From Eledone cirrhosa (Eukaryota), in NCBI GenBank assembly GCA_964016885.1, contig CAXHJY010000527.1, positions 1 to 27,051 of the forward strand: a stretch of DNA of 27,051 nucleotides, given 5' to 3'. Of the stretch, positions 10,390 through 23,349 are shown piece after piece (the stretch's first letter is position 1; each line of letters opens with the position of its first letter). Made by a program: the position numbers and the translations under genes. The notes below the pieces were generated by a model that ran no database searches, had not been told where the DNA came from, and saw only the letters and a program-made list of their open reading frames with translations.

Positions 10390-10834
10390 CATAAATATCC
10401 AATGATATGAATTCATAATAGGAGATATCGAACTTTAACAAGAGACAAGCTGTATAAAATGTAAAAAAAACATATTTCATTAGAGTATCATATTTAAACT
10501 TAACACACATTTAAAATATAGATACCTGACAAAAATCATATATTTCTCCCTCATATGTATCCTTCACAAATCATGAATACATTTCAGCAAATATCGGTGT
10601 AGTCTGATATTCGATTTGGATCGTCAGTGAGGGAAATTGATCTATCTAACCATACACACGTTATCACACAGAACTGAAGGTGACGATAGAAACATGAAAA
10701 AAAATCGATGCACGCTTTCGTCGCCTGCAAGGATATGAAAGTGTTCACGCCAACTAGAAATAGCAGTCTAACCTCTGAACATCTTAAAAAGCTCAAACAA
10801 ATAGGAGCATAAATATATTATATATATATTACAA

Positions 10835-11109
10835 TAATAATTTCTTTTTAATGGCACTTCGGCGGTAACGACGACGAGTTTTCCAATTGAAATCATCAAC
10901 AGAACAGTCCTTCTTGAAATTAACGTGCAACTGGCTGAGCATTTCTCAAACACGCGTACCCATAACGTAGTTCTCAGGGAGATTCAGCGTGGCACAATGT
11001 TAAAAAGCTTGCGTTTCGAATTACAGGCATAACTCATTTGTGCCAGCTGAGTTTATTGGAACAACGCGAAATAAAGTGTCTTCCTCAAGGACACAGCACA
11101 CCACGGGGC
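10835..11109 (-). mobile_element. 5'-truncated CORE-type SINE
   Basis: Minus gtgtccttgaggaagacactttatttcgcgttgttccaataaactcagctg resembles the CORE domain and matches ~13825-13878; ends in (ATT)n. Confidence 0.75.
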
Positions 11110-11215
<106 letters not shown>

Positions 11216-11561
11216 CTATGCGTGTGTGTGTGTTTGTTCACGCGTGTGTGCGTGTATTTATCCCTTCGGATCCTAGCAACTGTGGGACCTGCGATGGGTT
11301 TAAATAATCTGTTCGAGATATCACCTGATGCATGTATACAGTTCTGCCAATTTACTGTAGTATAAACGTCATCTCGCGCTTCAGTCAGCGTCCATTTCTC
11401 AGCAGTAGATATCTGTGTAAAAATAGAATTTAGACGCAAGCTTTTGCATGGAATGCAAATATTCGCTTGTACTTCCATTTAGCTGAATATAATAATTGGG
11501 AAAATCTGACGCAGTAAAGTTTCTCTCTTTCCGCTAAGGGATATTATATAACGCCAGAATG

Positions 11562-11607
<46 letters not shown>

Positions 11608-11746
11608 ACAGACACACACACACACACATACGTCTATAGGATGGAATTGACTCTAGAAAAAATCCAATACGACACCATCTGTGTTATTGATTTGTGTTCC
11701 ATATATTAACGATATTTTATTGCACATATTACGTTCGATTGAATAA

Positions 11747-12272
11747 TGTATATATGTATTTATATATACATATATATATATTTATATATACATATATATA
11801 TTTATATATACATATATATATATACATATATATATATATATTTATATATACATATATATTTATATATATTTATATATACATATATATTTATATATATTTA
11901 TATATACATATATATTTATATATACATATATATATATATATTTATATATACATATATATATATATATTTATATATACATATATATATATATATATTTATA
12001 TATACATATAAATATATATATATTTATATATACATATAAATATATATATTTATATATACATATATATATATATATTTATATATACATATATATATATATA
12101 TTTATATATACATATATATATATATATATTTATATATACACATATATATATATATTTATATATACATATATATATATATATTTATATATACATATATATA
12201 TATATATATTTATATATACACATATATATATATATTTATATATACATATATATATATATATTTATATATACA

Positions 12273-12306
<34 letters not shown>

Positions 12307-12406
12307 CATATATATTTATATATACATATATATATATATATATTTATATATACACATATATATATATATTTATATATACATATATATATATATATTTATA
12401 TATACA

Positions 12407-12440
<34 letters not shown>

Positions 12441-12571
12441 CATATATATTTATATATACATATATATATATACATATATTTATATATACATATATATATA
12501 TATACATATATACATATATTTATATATACATATATATATATATACATATATACATATATATTTATATATAC

Positions 12572-12603
<32 letters not shown>

Positions 12604-12828
12604 TTATATATACATATATATATATATTTATATATACATATATATATATATTTATATATACATATATATATATTTATATATACATATATATATATATATA
12701 TACATATATACATATATATTTATATATACATATATATATATATATTTATATATACATATATATATAAATTCATATATATATCTATATATATATATATATA
12801 TTTATATATACATATATATATATATATA

Positions 12829-12880
<52 letters not shown>

Positions 12881-12981
12881 TATATATATATATATATATT
12901 CATATATATATATATATATGTGTGTGTATATATATATATATGTATATATATATAATTATATATATGTATATATATATATGA

Positions 12982-13018
<37 letters not shown>

Positions 13019-13030
13019 AGTGTGCCTGTG
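11747..13030. repeat. ~1.3-kb AT-rich compound micro/minisatellite (unit ~ tatatttatatatacatata(ta)n)
   Basis: Direct observation. Confidence 0.95.
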
Positions 13031-13175
13031 TGTCTATAGAGACCTATAAATATGTATTGGTTAATTGATGAATGTGTTTTATATCACTATGATAAAATAG
13101 CAAATTGTAATATAGGCGTCAGGTTGAGGTCAAATGATGTATTTTATTTACCTTAGAACCCATCAAATCACGGCC

Positions 13176-13231
13176 GACTACTGATGAAGTCTGAAGTGCG
13201 AAATGGTGGTATGCGATGTCTCTTTTTAGTT
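13176..13231 (+). ncRNA. Highly degenerate hammerhead-like motif
   Basis: gacta-CTGATGA(13181-13187)-12 nt-GAAA(13200-13203)...tagtt, followed by AATAAA. Stems II and III pair poorly. Confidence 0.35.
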
Positions 13232-13335
13232 AACACTCTAATAAACGTACCGACGTATCTTCTCTACGACACAGAACTACCTAAGCATCAAGGATCTTCA
13301 CATGTACCACATCCAACTCCAGGTAGTGTCCAGAG

Positions 13336-13419
<84 letters not shown>

Positions 13420-13495
13420 CAAAGGAATTGTGGTAAGGAACCAGATGTACCATAACGCACCAGAGTACTCAATACTTAGGGTAGTAGAGTGGGAA

Positions 13496-13608
13496 ATAGG
13501 AGAAAGTATGACCCCGATGGCAGAGCTCAAGCCGTTTCGACGGTTATTTCTAAGTCCAGAAATAGCCGTAAAACGGCTTGAGCTCTGCCGTCGGGGTCAC
13601 ACTTTTTT

Positions 13609-13613
<5 letters not shown>
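13496..13613. repeat. ~56-bp-arm hairpin, apparently derived from a hammerhead ribozyme
   Basis: Arms 13496-13551 / 13558-13613, loop aagtcc. Minus strand reads stem-cGAAA-cggc ttgagctct gcca-TC-ggggtca, but there is no CTGANGA on either strand. Confidence 0.85.
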
Positions 13614-13642
<29 letters not shown>

Positions 13643-13645
<3 letters not shown>

Positions 13646-13917
13646 GGTAACAGCCCCTTCAGTCTCGATGTTCCCCTCCGAGGTACAATCTGGGCCAGGT
13701 TGTTTGAAGAAGACCAGCAGTCGCCCATGCATACCAGTCTCCTCTCTCCATGCCTCAGACGTTGTCTAAGGGAAAGGCAATGACTGATACAGCTTGGCAC
13801 CAGTGACACCGCAACTAATTTCTACAGCTGAGTGGACTGGAGCAACATGAAATAAAATATCTTGCTCAAGGTCACAACGTATCAACCGCTCTGATAATCG
13901 AAATAACAACCTCCCGA
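13643..13917 (-). mobile_element. CORE-type SINE with a different 3' tail
   Basis: Minus gtgaccttgagcaagatattttatttcatgttgctccagtccactcagctg matches the core of 10835-11109; tails differ. Confidence 0.75.
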
Positions 13918-14864
13918 TATATATGCTGTAATATAAATTTGGTATAAATATCCAACGGTTACAGTATTTAGTCCATTGGATTAGTTATGTGTAAACAGTT
14001 ACAAGTGACATGTAGAAGTACTTAGATTTTGTTGTGTTATTCATCCCAACTCTTTCAGGCTCTGTCATATATTCAAAATATATATATGTGTGTGTGTTTG
14101 CGTGCTTTTGTGTGTGTGTGTGTGTGCGTACGCGTGTGTCTAAGTGTGTTCGGTTGTTTGCATTTACTTTTGTGTATTAAAGAACGTTGAGGTCCAGGGT
14201 GTTTCGCAAGTGCATGTATGTCTGAATTAATTGAATCGAAATGGAATCAGAATCGGAGATAAAAAAACACCATCTTTTCCTAGCACACTAGTAACATCTA
14301 GAATATTATTGATACTGTACCTCTTAATACTATGAACGGATGAGTGTAGTGACGTATCCAGCAAAGTATTTTAGGAAGGCTATAATCATTTATTTGAACA
14401 TTTGTCAACATTAATAACCGATTTTCTTCTGATATTGGACTTGCTGTGTTTTGTGGGGTTCTAGCTTTAGTTTTATTATAATTATATCGAATTATCTGTC
14501 ATGGCTCCAGTGAGTTGTGCACATTCCTAGTGGACTTTTAATCCTATCACATGAGATGGAAGAGAAAATAGTGTGAATGTTGACATTCCCGTATCCATGA
14601 TATATTGAGAGCAGACTCCATGTTCATGTTCATGAGCATCAACCATGACAGAAGGAAAGGAGGAATTTATCTTCAACCAGGAGATATATTCCGATTGATT
14701 GCAGCATACTATACTTCAATAAAACCAACAACATGATAGAGATGTTTTTTCGTCACTTATTGTACTAAAATATTCAAAATAGCTGATTGGTGAATCAGTT
14801 TAAATACAGTGCAAGGGAAATAAATCGAACCCAGCATATAGTTTATCGGTAATAGAATGATATA

Positions 14865-15165
14865 CAGTTTCACAATCTTTTATCCGAAATTCCGAAAACC
14901 GAAAAGGTCCGAAAGCTGAACATTTTTTTCCAGGATGTCGACTGCTGAATGTAGAGTTAATGCGGAAGCTTGTGGTGTATCTGTGCGGTTTCTTACTGAA
15001 GATTATGGTGTGAGAACTACCCCTATTACGGCCTAAAGAAACAGTACATGAGACGTTGAAGTTTTACTGCGACAAAAAACTTTAAAATCTACCATAAAAA
15101 CCTTCCATTCCGAAATCCGAAAAGTGTCGGCTGCCAACATTTTCAGATAAGAGAGTGTGATCCTG
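14865..15165. mobile_element. Tc1/mariner (pogo/Tigger-type) MITE
   Basis: TA|cagtttcacaatcttttatccgaaa ... tttcagataagagagtgtgatcctg|TA: ~25-bp imperfect TIRs, TA target duplication, subterminal ccgaaa repeats. Confidence 0.75.
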
Positions 15166-16002
15166 TACTATATTACTTGTTCTTTATATTTGTACAATTT
15201 AATTTCAACTGTAAGATTTGTTTTTATTTAATATCGTATCTATTTCTGCTTCCTCAGTAAAGACCGAATCCATTAGTAATCCCTTCACAAATTACTTAAA
15301 AGTTGTTGAAAATGTAAGTGAAAACTCTAAGAGAAAGTTCCAGCTCCATACTTACAAAGTTTAAACACTGCCGCATGTGACATGAAAACGTATCACAAGG
15401 TATTTGTAATGACACCGTTCGTGAACCGTGACAAAAACAGCAACAAACTTTCGCATTCATTAAATGTTCAATTTGTAAGGCAGTCAATTTAATTAACTAA
15501 ATATGAACATGATTTTGTGAAATGCCGAATTAATAAAGCGAAACAGTTTTTATTGATGCACTCAAAATAAAGATTATTCCAATTCACATTGTATTGCGTA
15601 CTACACCGATATGTCCAGTTTATGCTAAACGTATGTAATGTTGCAGTCGGGGTAATGGTTTTCTATGTTTTCCGCTGAAATGTTTTCATGAAAATTTATT
15701 ATTTATGCATCCGGATCAATCTAATTTGTACCAGTAATATATTGATTTCTTTGCTGCAACTACTCGTCTTCCAAACAAAGTCCTTTAGCTGTTAAAACTA
15801 TATCATAAATCAATAGCTGACACGTTTCATCTTCACCTAATAAAGAGATAAAGTTTTAAATTCTGTTTTTTTGTTCTGTGTTGTTGCAGATATTGTTTAA
15901 ATGAATATAATTAACAGAGACAACAAAATGTTAATTGTTATTTCAACACAAGTTGACATACACTGGCCAGTAATTAAATTAGGTTTCTTAAAATATATAT
16001 TT

Positions 16003-16006
16003 AGAA

Positions 16007-16037
<31 letters not shown>

Positions 16038-16300
16038 GAGGAGGAGGGTGGAGGAGGAAGGATAACATAAAGAAGAAGCTGGGAAATGAAAGAAGAAACG
16101 TTGAAAGTAAAAGAAAAGGTGCAGATGAAGGAAAGTTATGAAGAAAAAGTAGAAAAGGTATATGTAGATGATGAGGAAGGAGAAGGGTCTAAAAATAAAG
16201 ATTGAGGAGGACGACAAGGGAACAACATGATGAAGAAGGAGAACAATAATATGAGACATCAACAACATGAACAGCAACATCAGTAATAAAAGAACAGCAG
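16003..16300. repeat. Purine-rich (GAA/GGA) low-complexity tract
   Basis: Direct observation; explains hydrophobic ORF 15897-16280. Confidence 0.85.
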
Positions 16301-16695
16301 AAAAAAATAATAACGTTGGTTGTTATTGCTTCATAATTATTTAAACGTTTATTGCCTTTTAAACTTTAATTATTTACAAAGCAACATTGAGGTGTTACAC
16401 GCAAACGGACGAACAGAAAATAAACAGTGAGGAAAAAATATAAATGAAGAGCTGAGTTCAAGAGAAATTAGCTTCAGGTTATTTATAGTTCATTTTATAT
16501 ATTTTAAAAATACATTCTCTTAATTTTGATTTTTGTGGGTCTTTCTTTTAAATTTTGAAATGTGTGTTAATGAAGGGTTAACATTTGTGTTAATGAAGGT
16601 GATAAATAAAAAGGCAGATTGTTGTTAAGGCTGTTATAGTATTTTTGTTGATTAACCATCCCCTTTATGGGTTCATCGTGTACGGTCGTATAAAG

Positions 16696-16986
16696 CAGTG
16701 GTCGCAAACCTTCCGGACATGAAGGACCACTAATTTCATAATTTTAAATCCCTCAGACTAAAATATGAATAAAACGTCAATGGGCGAAACAATACTGAAA
16801 CCTACGTGTTTCATATTGTCGATAGATGATAAATATGTGTAAAATTATTTCATTGATGTTAGTTCTTTACTGAGGGTGTTATAACATATATTTTAACTGA
16901 ATATTAGTTTTGTTTTATTATTAATAAGCAAAATAATTACAAATAATTTCAACATTTTTCTTCGGATCACCGGTTGGCGACCGTTA
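16696..16986. mobile_element. hAT (Charlie-like) MITE
   Basis: TIRs cagtggtcgcaaacc / ggttggcgaccgtta; decayed 8-bp flanks gtataaag / gtttgaaa (5/8 match). Confidence 0.65.
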
Positions 16987-17024
16987 GTTTGAAAAGTGAT
17001 AATATATCTAAGGCTGCATTACTA

Positions 17025-17205
17025 TGAATTGGCAGTATCGGTAGAGGGTCGGACATGCTTTCCAGCTGAGTTACGTGCCTTTATGATCTGAGTTCAAATC
17101 CCGCCGAGATTAACTTTGCCTTTCATCTATACGGGTTCGATAAAATAAAGTACCAGTAAAGTACTGGGTAATTTCTGACCTTGTGCCAAAAGTAGAAACA
17201 ATTAT
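17025..17205 (+). mobile_element. tRNA-derived SINE (short subfamily)
   Basis: A box TGGCAGTATCGG, B box GAGTTCAAATCCC, 3' end ccttgtgccaaaagtagaaacaattat. Confidence 0.9.
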
Positions 17206-17412
17206 ATCTGCACTTAATAACGTAAAACGGTTGACTGTAATTGTCACTGTTTCTGGTAGGTGTTCCAAATATTGCTATAATTATACTGACATCAGGCTCT
17301 CACAGCACTACATTAACTGAACTTTTGATATTGATATTTAGCCCCTGGCTATTATGGATGAGAGATGAATCTGTTCTGTTCACATTAACGCATATATCAA
17401 TTCTCCTTTTTT

Positions 17413-17921
17413 TCGGATCCATATTATATTGTTATATCGCTCAAATATTCAATTTTGTATTATATATTTTGTATTCAAAAAAAGAAAATGGTTATAAATG
17501 GAACAAAACACCCTCTGTCTACACTATATAGAACAGCGGCAATTTCAATTTCACCAACACCAGAAACTTGATACACTACCTATCCCATCACACTAAATAT
17601 AACGGCAACTTCACCGGCATCATAATAATAATTACTATTATTATTGTCTCAAATTTTAAAAAATGTTTAATTCAAATTTTACGGGAATATGTCAACACAA
17701 AATATAATGAAAATATATATTAAACATACGAACACAAACTCATAGATACTATATCAGTAACCACAACACCACCGCTGCCACCACCCCACCACATCCATCA
17801 TCGCCGCCACCACTCATTCAATGCTACTGACACTATTCCCCTGTTAACTTGAGAGAGAAAAGGGAAGGTGGTGGTAACACTAGACAAGAGAGAGGCTAGC
17901 AAAAGATATAAATAGATTGAC
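17413..17921. repeat. Diverged copy of the non-coding repeat also at 22299-23118
   Basis: Shared blocks gctcaaatattcaa.tttgtatt, aaaatgg.tataaatggaa, ctacactatatag, tcaccaacaccagaaact.gatacac and a CAC/CGC-rich tract. Confidence 0.85.
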
Positions 17922-18199
17922 TTGGTGACCTTGCCACGGACAAACGTCTACATCAACAATTATGGGACTGCTGGCTCACCCCTTCCTCACCAACAATATA
18001 AAAAGCCCCGGCACCACCATCGACATAGCCAGCAGCAATAACAGCCAACTACAACAAAAAGTATATTATATTATTGTAATGCACTGGGTGATTGCTGGCC
18101 TGGAGTGGAGACAATTATTAATAATTTCATTCTTAAGCCACGCAATGCTCACATTAAGGAACCACTCATGATAACAACAATTTAAAAAAAACAACAAAA

Positions 18200-21100
18200 A
18201 GAAAACCCCGTGACCAAGAAATACCGGGATGGCGGCCGGCGGGGAATAGCCATGTCTCTAGGGGAGAAAGACCCCTCTAGTCTTGGTTGACACTCGTTCT
18301 AGAAGTGGTAACACGAAAAGATTACCCCTTGGCGGATAAGGATAAAACGCGACAAAATAAAGTAGATGTCTAATGATGAAATCTCATACCGGATCGGCCG
18401 TCACCCGGGTAAAAAAGGGCCGCGTCCCTCAGAGAGGAACCAGACTGGGGTCGAAAAATCAGCTAATGGTTCAAACCTTCCCATCACTTCGGAGCTGGAG
18501 ACCTCCCATAACCGGAATACTCCTACTGTTGGCCCTCCATGCTCACCACCAAGAAATCCAAAGAAAAAGAGAGAAAAATGGTCAAGGGAAGATAATAAAG
18601 AAGTCCTTGAGGCTTTCTACACTGCCATGTACTACCCATCAAATACATCGAATACAGAGCAAACATATATCAACTGGAAAAAGAAACATCCCGAAAACAG
18701 AGGCTATATTGACAGTAACAAACTAGCCAATATACGAAGAAATATTGTAAGAAAAAAGTTACTAACTGATATAGAAATTGATCAAATCAAGCTAGTAGCA
18801 CAAAGTCAGCGAAGGGAAAGTGAAGCATGTGTCAGTGAAAACGAGGTAAACTGTAACACTTCGAATCCCAGAGTTGGGGCGGAATCACTGGCAACAGAAC
18901 AAATTAAAGAAAGGAGCGAAAAAGTGGAGGGAGTGCATGCTCAGGATGAAACTCCAAATGAAAATAATGAGATCGTAAATGATAAAGAAATGAATGAGAA
19001 TGAACTTGCCAACTTGAAGGATGAAATTATGATCGAATGGATGAAAATGAAAGAATCTGACATGGGGGAACGAGACACCCTCCCTAAGATCCAGAACTCC
19101 AAACAGAACCAAAAGATAATACACAAGACTAACATAATTCTCAAAAACATTATCATCACAAACAAACTAAGCATTACTGACTTAAATCATCTCTATTATG
19201 CATCGGCTAAAGTCACCACTCACTTATGTGGAGTGAAGATGAAAAAACAAAGGAATTCCCACAAGAAATCTACTTGGCAAGATAACATCAATCGCCAAAT
19301 AAACCTTCTCCGATCTGACATAGAAATGTTAACAAACTATAAAGTAGGTGAACATGTTAAACAAACTAAACTTAGAAAATTGAAAAAAAAGTACAGTATA
19401 AGATCAACATGTGACATAGACATGCTGATAGAAACAAACAAGCAAAAAGTGTCGGCCAAAGCTGCTCGTATAAGGCGCTTTGAAAAACGATCTAGATTCT
19501 ATAAGGACAATAATATGTTCAAAAACAACCAAAGAAACTTCTACAGAAAAATTGGTAAGTCAACAATAACTGCTAAATCAATACCACCCAAGGAGGAAGT
19601 GCAAGAATTCTGGGAAAAGATCTGGGCCGAAGAAAAAGTTCATAACATACATGCACCATGGATAGACAGACAAATGAAAGAAACAGCTCACCTTGAAGAA
19701 CAAAAATGGGAAAATATAACAGTTGAACAGCTGCGCTTGGCTCTAAGAAAAACCAGCAAATGGAAATCCCCAGGAAAAGACAAAATACTAAACTTTTGGA
19801 TAAATGCCTTCACAGAGTCTCATGAGCTGTTAGCCCAACTTTACAATGAAATAGTTAAGGAGCCAGAAAAGATACCATCATGGCTAGTTAACGGCATTAC
19901 ATTCCTGCTACCGAAGAATGATGAGACAAACAATCCCAAAAATTACAGACCGATAACCTGCTTGACCACAATGTATAAAATTTTAACATCAGTCCTAACT
20001 GAATACACATATGACCACCTGATAACAAATGACCTATTTCCCATTGAGCAGAAAGGGTGTAAACGAGGCTCATATGGCTGTAAGGATCAGCTTCTGGTTA
20101 ACAAAATGATACTGGAAGATTGTCATAATAGACACAAAAATCTATCGATTGCTTGGATAGATTATAAAAAAGCATTTGATAGTTTGCCACACAGTTGGAT
20201 TGAAAAATGTTTAGAGATTTTCAAAATATCCCCCGTTATCAGGAGGTTTTTGTCATTCAGTATGAGGACATGGAGAACGACACTCCTTTTGAATAGTGAA
20301 ACAAAATCACTGGAAGCTGGAGAAGTTAACATTAATTGTGGAATTTTTCAGGGTGACTCTTTATCACCGCTTTTATTCTGCATCGCACTTATACCATTAA
20401 GTAAAATGCTCAATGAAACAAAACATGGATATAGAGTCTATGACAAAACCATTAATCACCTGTTCTACATGGATGACCTGAAACTATTTGCAAAAAATGA
20501 TGAACAATTGCAAGGGCTATTATCCACTGTGAAGCAGTTCAGTGATGACATTAAAATGGAGTTTGGACTGGATAAATGCGCCAAAGCAACGTTCACCAGA
20601 GGAAAGCTGCTGAAGAGTTCAGACATTAATCTTGATCGGGGGAACGTGATAAGAGAGCTTGATCAAGAACAAACTTACAAATATCTAGGTGTTTGTGGAG
20701 GAGACGGAATCAAGCACTCGACAATGAGGGAAAGGATAAGGAAGGAATGTTACCGCAGAGTCAGAGCAATCTTAAGAACGGAATTGAATGCAAGGAATAG
20801 GATCGATGCCATAAACACGCTTGCCATACCAGTAGTAACCTACAGTTACAATGTCATCAACTGGTCAAGCACAGAGATCCGTAGGCTCGATACAAAAATC
20901 CGAAAATTCTTAACCATGCACAGAATGCATCACCCTAAGGCAGACATAGATAGAATATATCTCCCTAGGAAAGAAGGAGGACGTGGTTTAATCCAGTTAG
21001 ACATTGCGTTGAAAACTGCAACAATTGGATTATCCACATATCTAAGGGAATCACATGATTGGATGATCAAACTCGTTTTGAAACACGAAAGCACCAAAAG

Positions 21101-22155
21101 ATCATATTCCATTACAAAAGATGCACAAAGATACAGTAATGGACTACAAATTTCAGAAGTCCCATTTACTGCTGAAATGGAAAACACAGAAAAAGCAAAG
21201 CAGGTAAAAGTAACTGCAAAGAAAGAACTGCTACAGAAACTGGCTAAGAAATGGCAAGAAAAGCCTCTGTATGGAAAATACCCAGAGCGAGCTAACAATC
21301 CTGATGTTGACAAAACTTTAACCCATCAGTGGTTGGCATCCTCTGGACTGAAATCGGAGACTGAAGGACTGATTATATCCGCACAAATCAGTGTCTGCCA
21401 ACAAAAAATTACCAAGCCAACATAATAAAAAATGGGTGCAGCCCATTATGCCGTGTATGCAAAAAACAACCAGAGACCATTGACCATATAATTTCAATGT
21501 GCAGTCCTATAGCTCCAACCGAATACCTAAACAGGCATGACAGAGCTGCACAATACATACATTGGATAATGTGTAAGCATTTTGACCTGCCCCATCAAAA
21601 GAATTGGTGGGAGCATCAACCACCTCCCATACTTGAAAAAGATCACATCTCAATCTTGTGGAACTTTAGCATCCAAACAGACCGAAAAATAGATGCAAAT
21701 AGACCTGATATAATATTGAAGGACTTTCAAAGGAGGGTATGCCTGCTAATTGATATGTCTGTTCCAATAGACAAGAATGTATCTATAAAAACATTTGAAA
21801 AATTGAGCAAGTATAAGGACCTGGAGATAGAAATTGGAAAAATGTGGAAATTGAGAACTAAAACAATACCAGTGGTTGTAGGCGCTCTGGGAATGATACC
21901 TAAGGGGTCTAACGACTACTTATCGCAAATCCCAGGAAACCCGCGTATAGGAGAAATACAAAAGATAGTACTAATGGGAACTGCCCATATACTAAGGAAG
22001 ATCCTGTCAATATAAGTACATCACAAGTCTAAACACTAAGGATGCATGTGTGAATATGTGTGTTCTTTCTTGAACATGGCGGACCTTGTTGTCTCTTGAG
22101 GTCACTGGTTGTGACTTGGTGATAACTCGTATAAACATAAAGCAAGATAAATGCA

Positions 22156-22192
<37 letters not shown>

Positions 22193-22215
22193 GTAATAAT
22201 AATAATAATAATAAT
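18200..22215 (+). mobile_element. R4/Dong-clade non-LTR retrotransposon, copy 1 (5' boundary approximate; could start ~18080)
   Basis: Single RT-CCHC-RLE ORF with one frameshift, structured 5' UTR, ~140-nt 3' UTR, (TAA)n tail 22156-22215. Confidence 0.92.
18366..22015 (+). pseudogene. RT / CCHC / restriction-like endonuclease polyprotein with a single 1-bp deletion at ~21386/21387 (1216 aa if restored)
   Basis: KSPGKD, NYRPITCL, WIDYKKAFDS, GIFQGDSLSP, YMDD. Restoring one base (gca caa [g]at cag) gives AQDQCLPTKNY...CRVCKKQPETIDHIISMC...RHD...RPDIILKD...LIDMSVP...EKLSKYKDL, joining ORFs 18366-21425 and 21497-22015. Confidence 0.93.
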
Positions 22216-22324
22216 TTTTAACATATTTAAATCATTTGTGAAATAACAACTCTTAGTACAAATGCTACGTAAAGCACCCGGCTTGAGCCCCAAAAAAATT
22301 CGGACCCAAAATATATTGTTATAA

Positions 22325-22964
22325 GGCTCAAATATTCAAATATTCAACTTTGTATTGTACACTGTATATCCAAAAAAAAATGGCTATAAATGGAAGAAGA
22401 AGAACCCTCCCCTCCTCTCCTCTGGCTACACTATATAGGACAGCTAAACTCACCAACACCAGAAACTAGATACACCACCCACCCCATCATCTGTGTACAC
22501 TAAACACAACAGCATTTTCACCTTCACCGCCACCGCTCACTACGGCCATCATTACCACCACTATCCCATCACCGCCGCCACCACCCCTTGACTCCTTCAC
22601 TGCTGCTGCCACCGCTACAGCACCATCACTACAGTAATACGGCTCAAATATTCAAATATTCAACTTTGTATTGTTCACTGTATATCCAAAAAAAAAATAA
22701 AATGGCTATAAATGGAAGAAGAAGAACCCCCCCCCCTCCTCTCCTCTGGCTACACTATATAGGACAGCGAAACTCACCAACACCAGAAACTAGATACACC
22801 ACCCACCCCATCATCTGTGTACACTAAACACAACAGCATTTTCACCTTCACCGCCACCGCTCACTACGGCCATCATTACCACCACTATCCCATCACCGCC
22901 GCCACCACCCCCTGACTCCTTCACTGCTGCCGCCACCGCTACAGCACCATCACTACAGTAATAC
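22325..22964. repeat. Near-identical tandem duplication (22325-22640 and 22641-22964)
   Basis: Both units start ggctcaaatattcaaatattc and end cactacagtaatac; few substitutions plus A/C-run length differences. Confidence 0.95.
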
Positions 22965-23349
22965 GGTCGCATCACCGCCACCACTGCCTCGGTATCGACA
23001 TCACCACCACCACTGTCTCAGTATCGCCAACGCCGCCAGTTTCTGCTGGCTACCACTTCCACATTATAGAATTCCTACTACTAACAAAGAGGAAGGCATC
23101 AAAATATATAGATAGACTCAAAAGAAAAAAGAAAAAACAAACAACAAAAGCAGCACAGCAACAACAGTAAAAAACGAGAAAAACAGAGAAAAACAAAAAC
23201 AAAAAAAGAAACCCCAAAAACGTAAAGAAAATAAGAATGTAGAGAGAAGCAGGCGGACGGACAGAGAAGAGGGGGGAAAAAGTAAAACTTAAAAAACAAA
23301 AACTAAGTCAGACATTCGAATACTACATTACAATGAAACTTATGCTTAT

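Noticed and set aside
10600-10700. Hammerhead-like words (CTGACGA on minus at ~10621-10627; ctgaagg...gaaacatg on plus)
   Set aside because: No consistent stems I-III and core mismatches. Isolated CTGATGA/CTGAAGA at ~1538, ~5589 and ~14996 likewise lack the helices.
11747-13030. CRISPR-like repeat/spacer periodicity
   Set aside because: Spacers are just (TA)n; eukaryotic context and no cas genes.
15860-15980. Strong-looking splice acceptor ttgttctgtgttgttgcAG at 15887-15888
   Set aside because: No convincing coding frame, donor or partner exon; could be a UTR or lncRNA exon but is unsupported.
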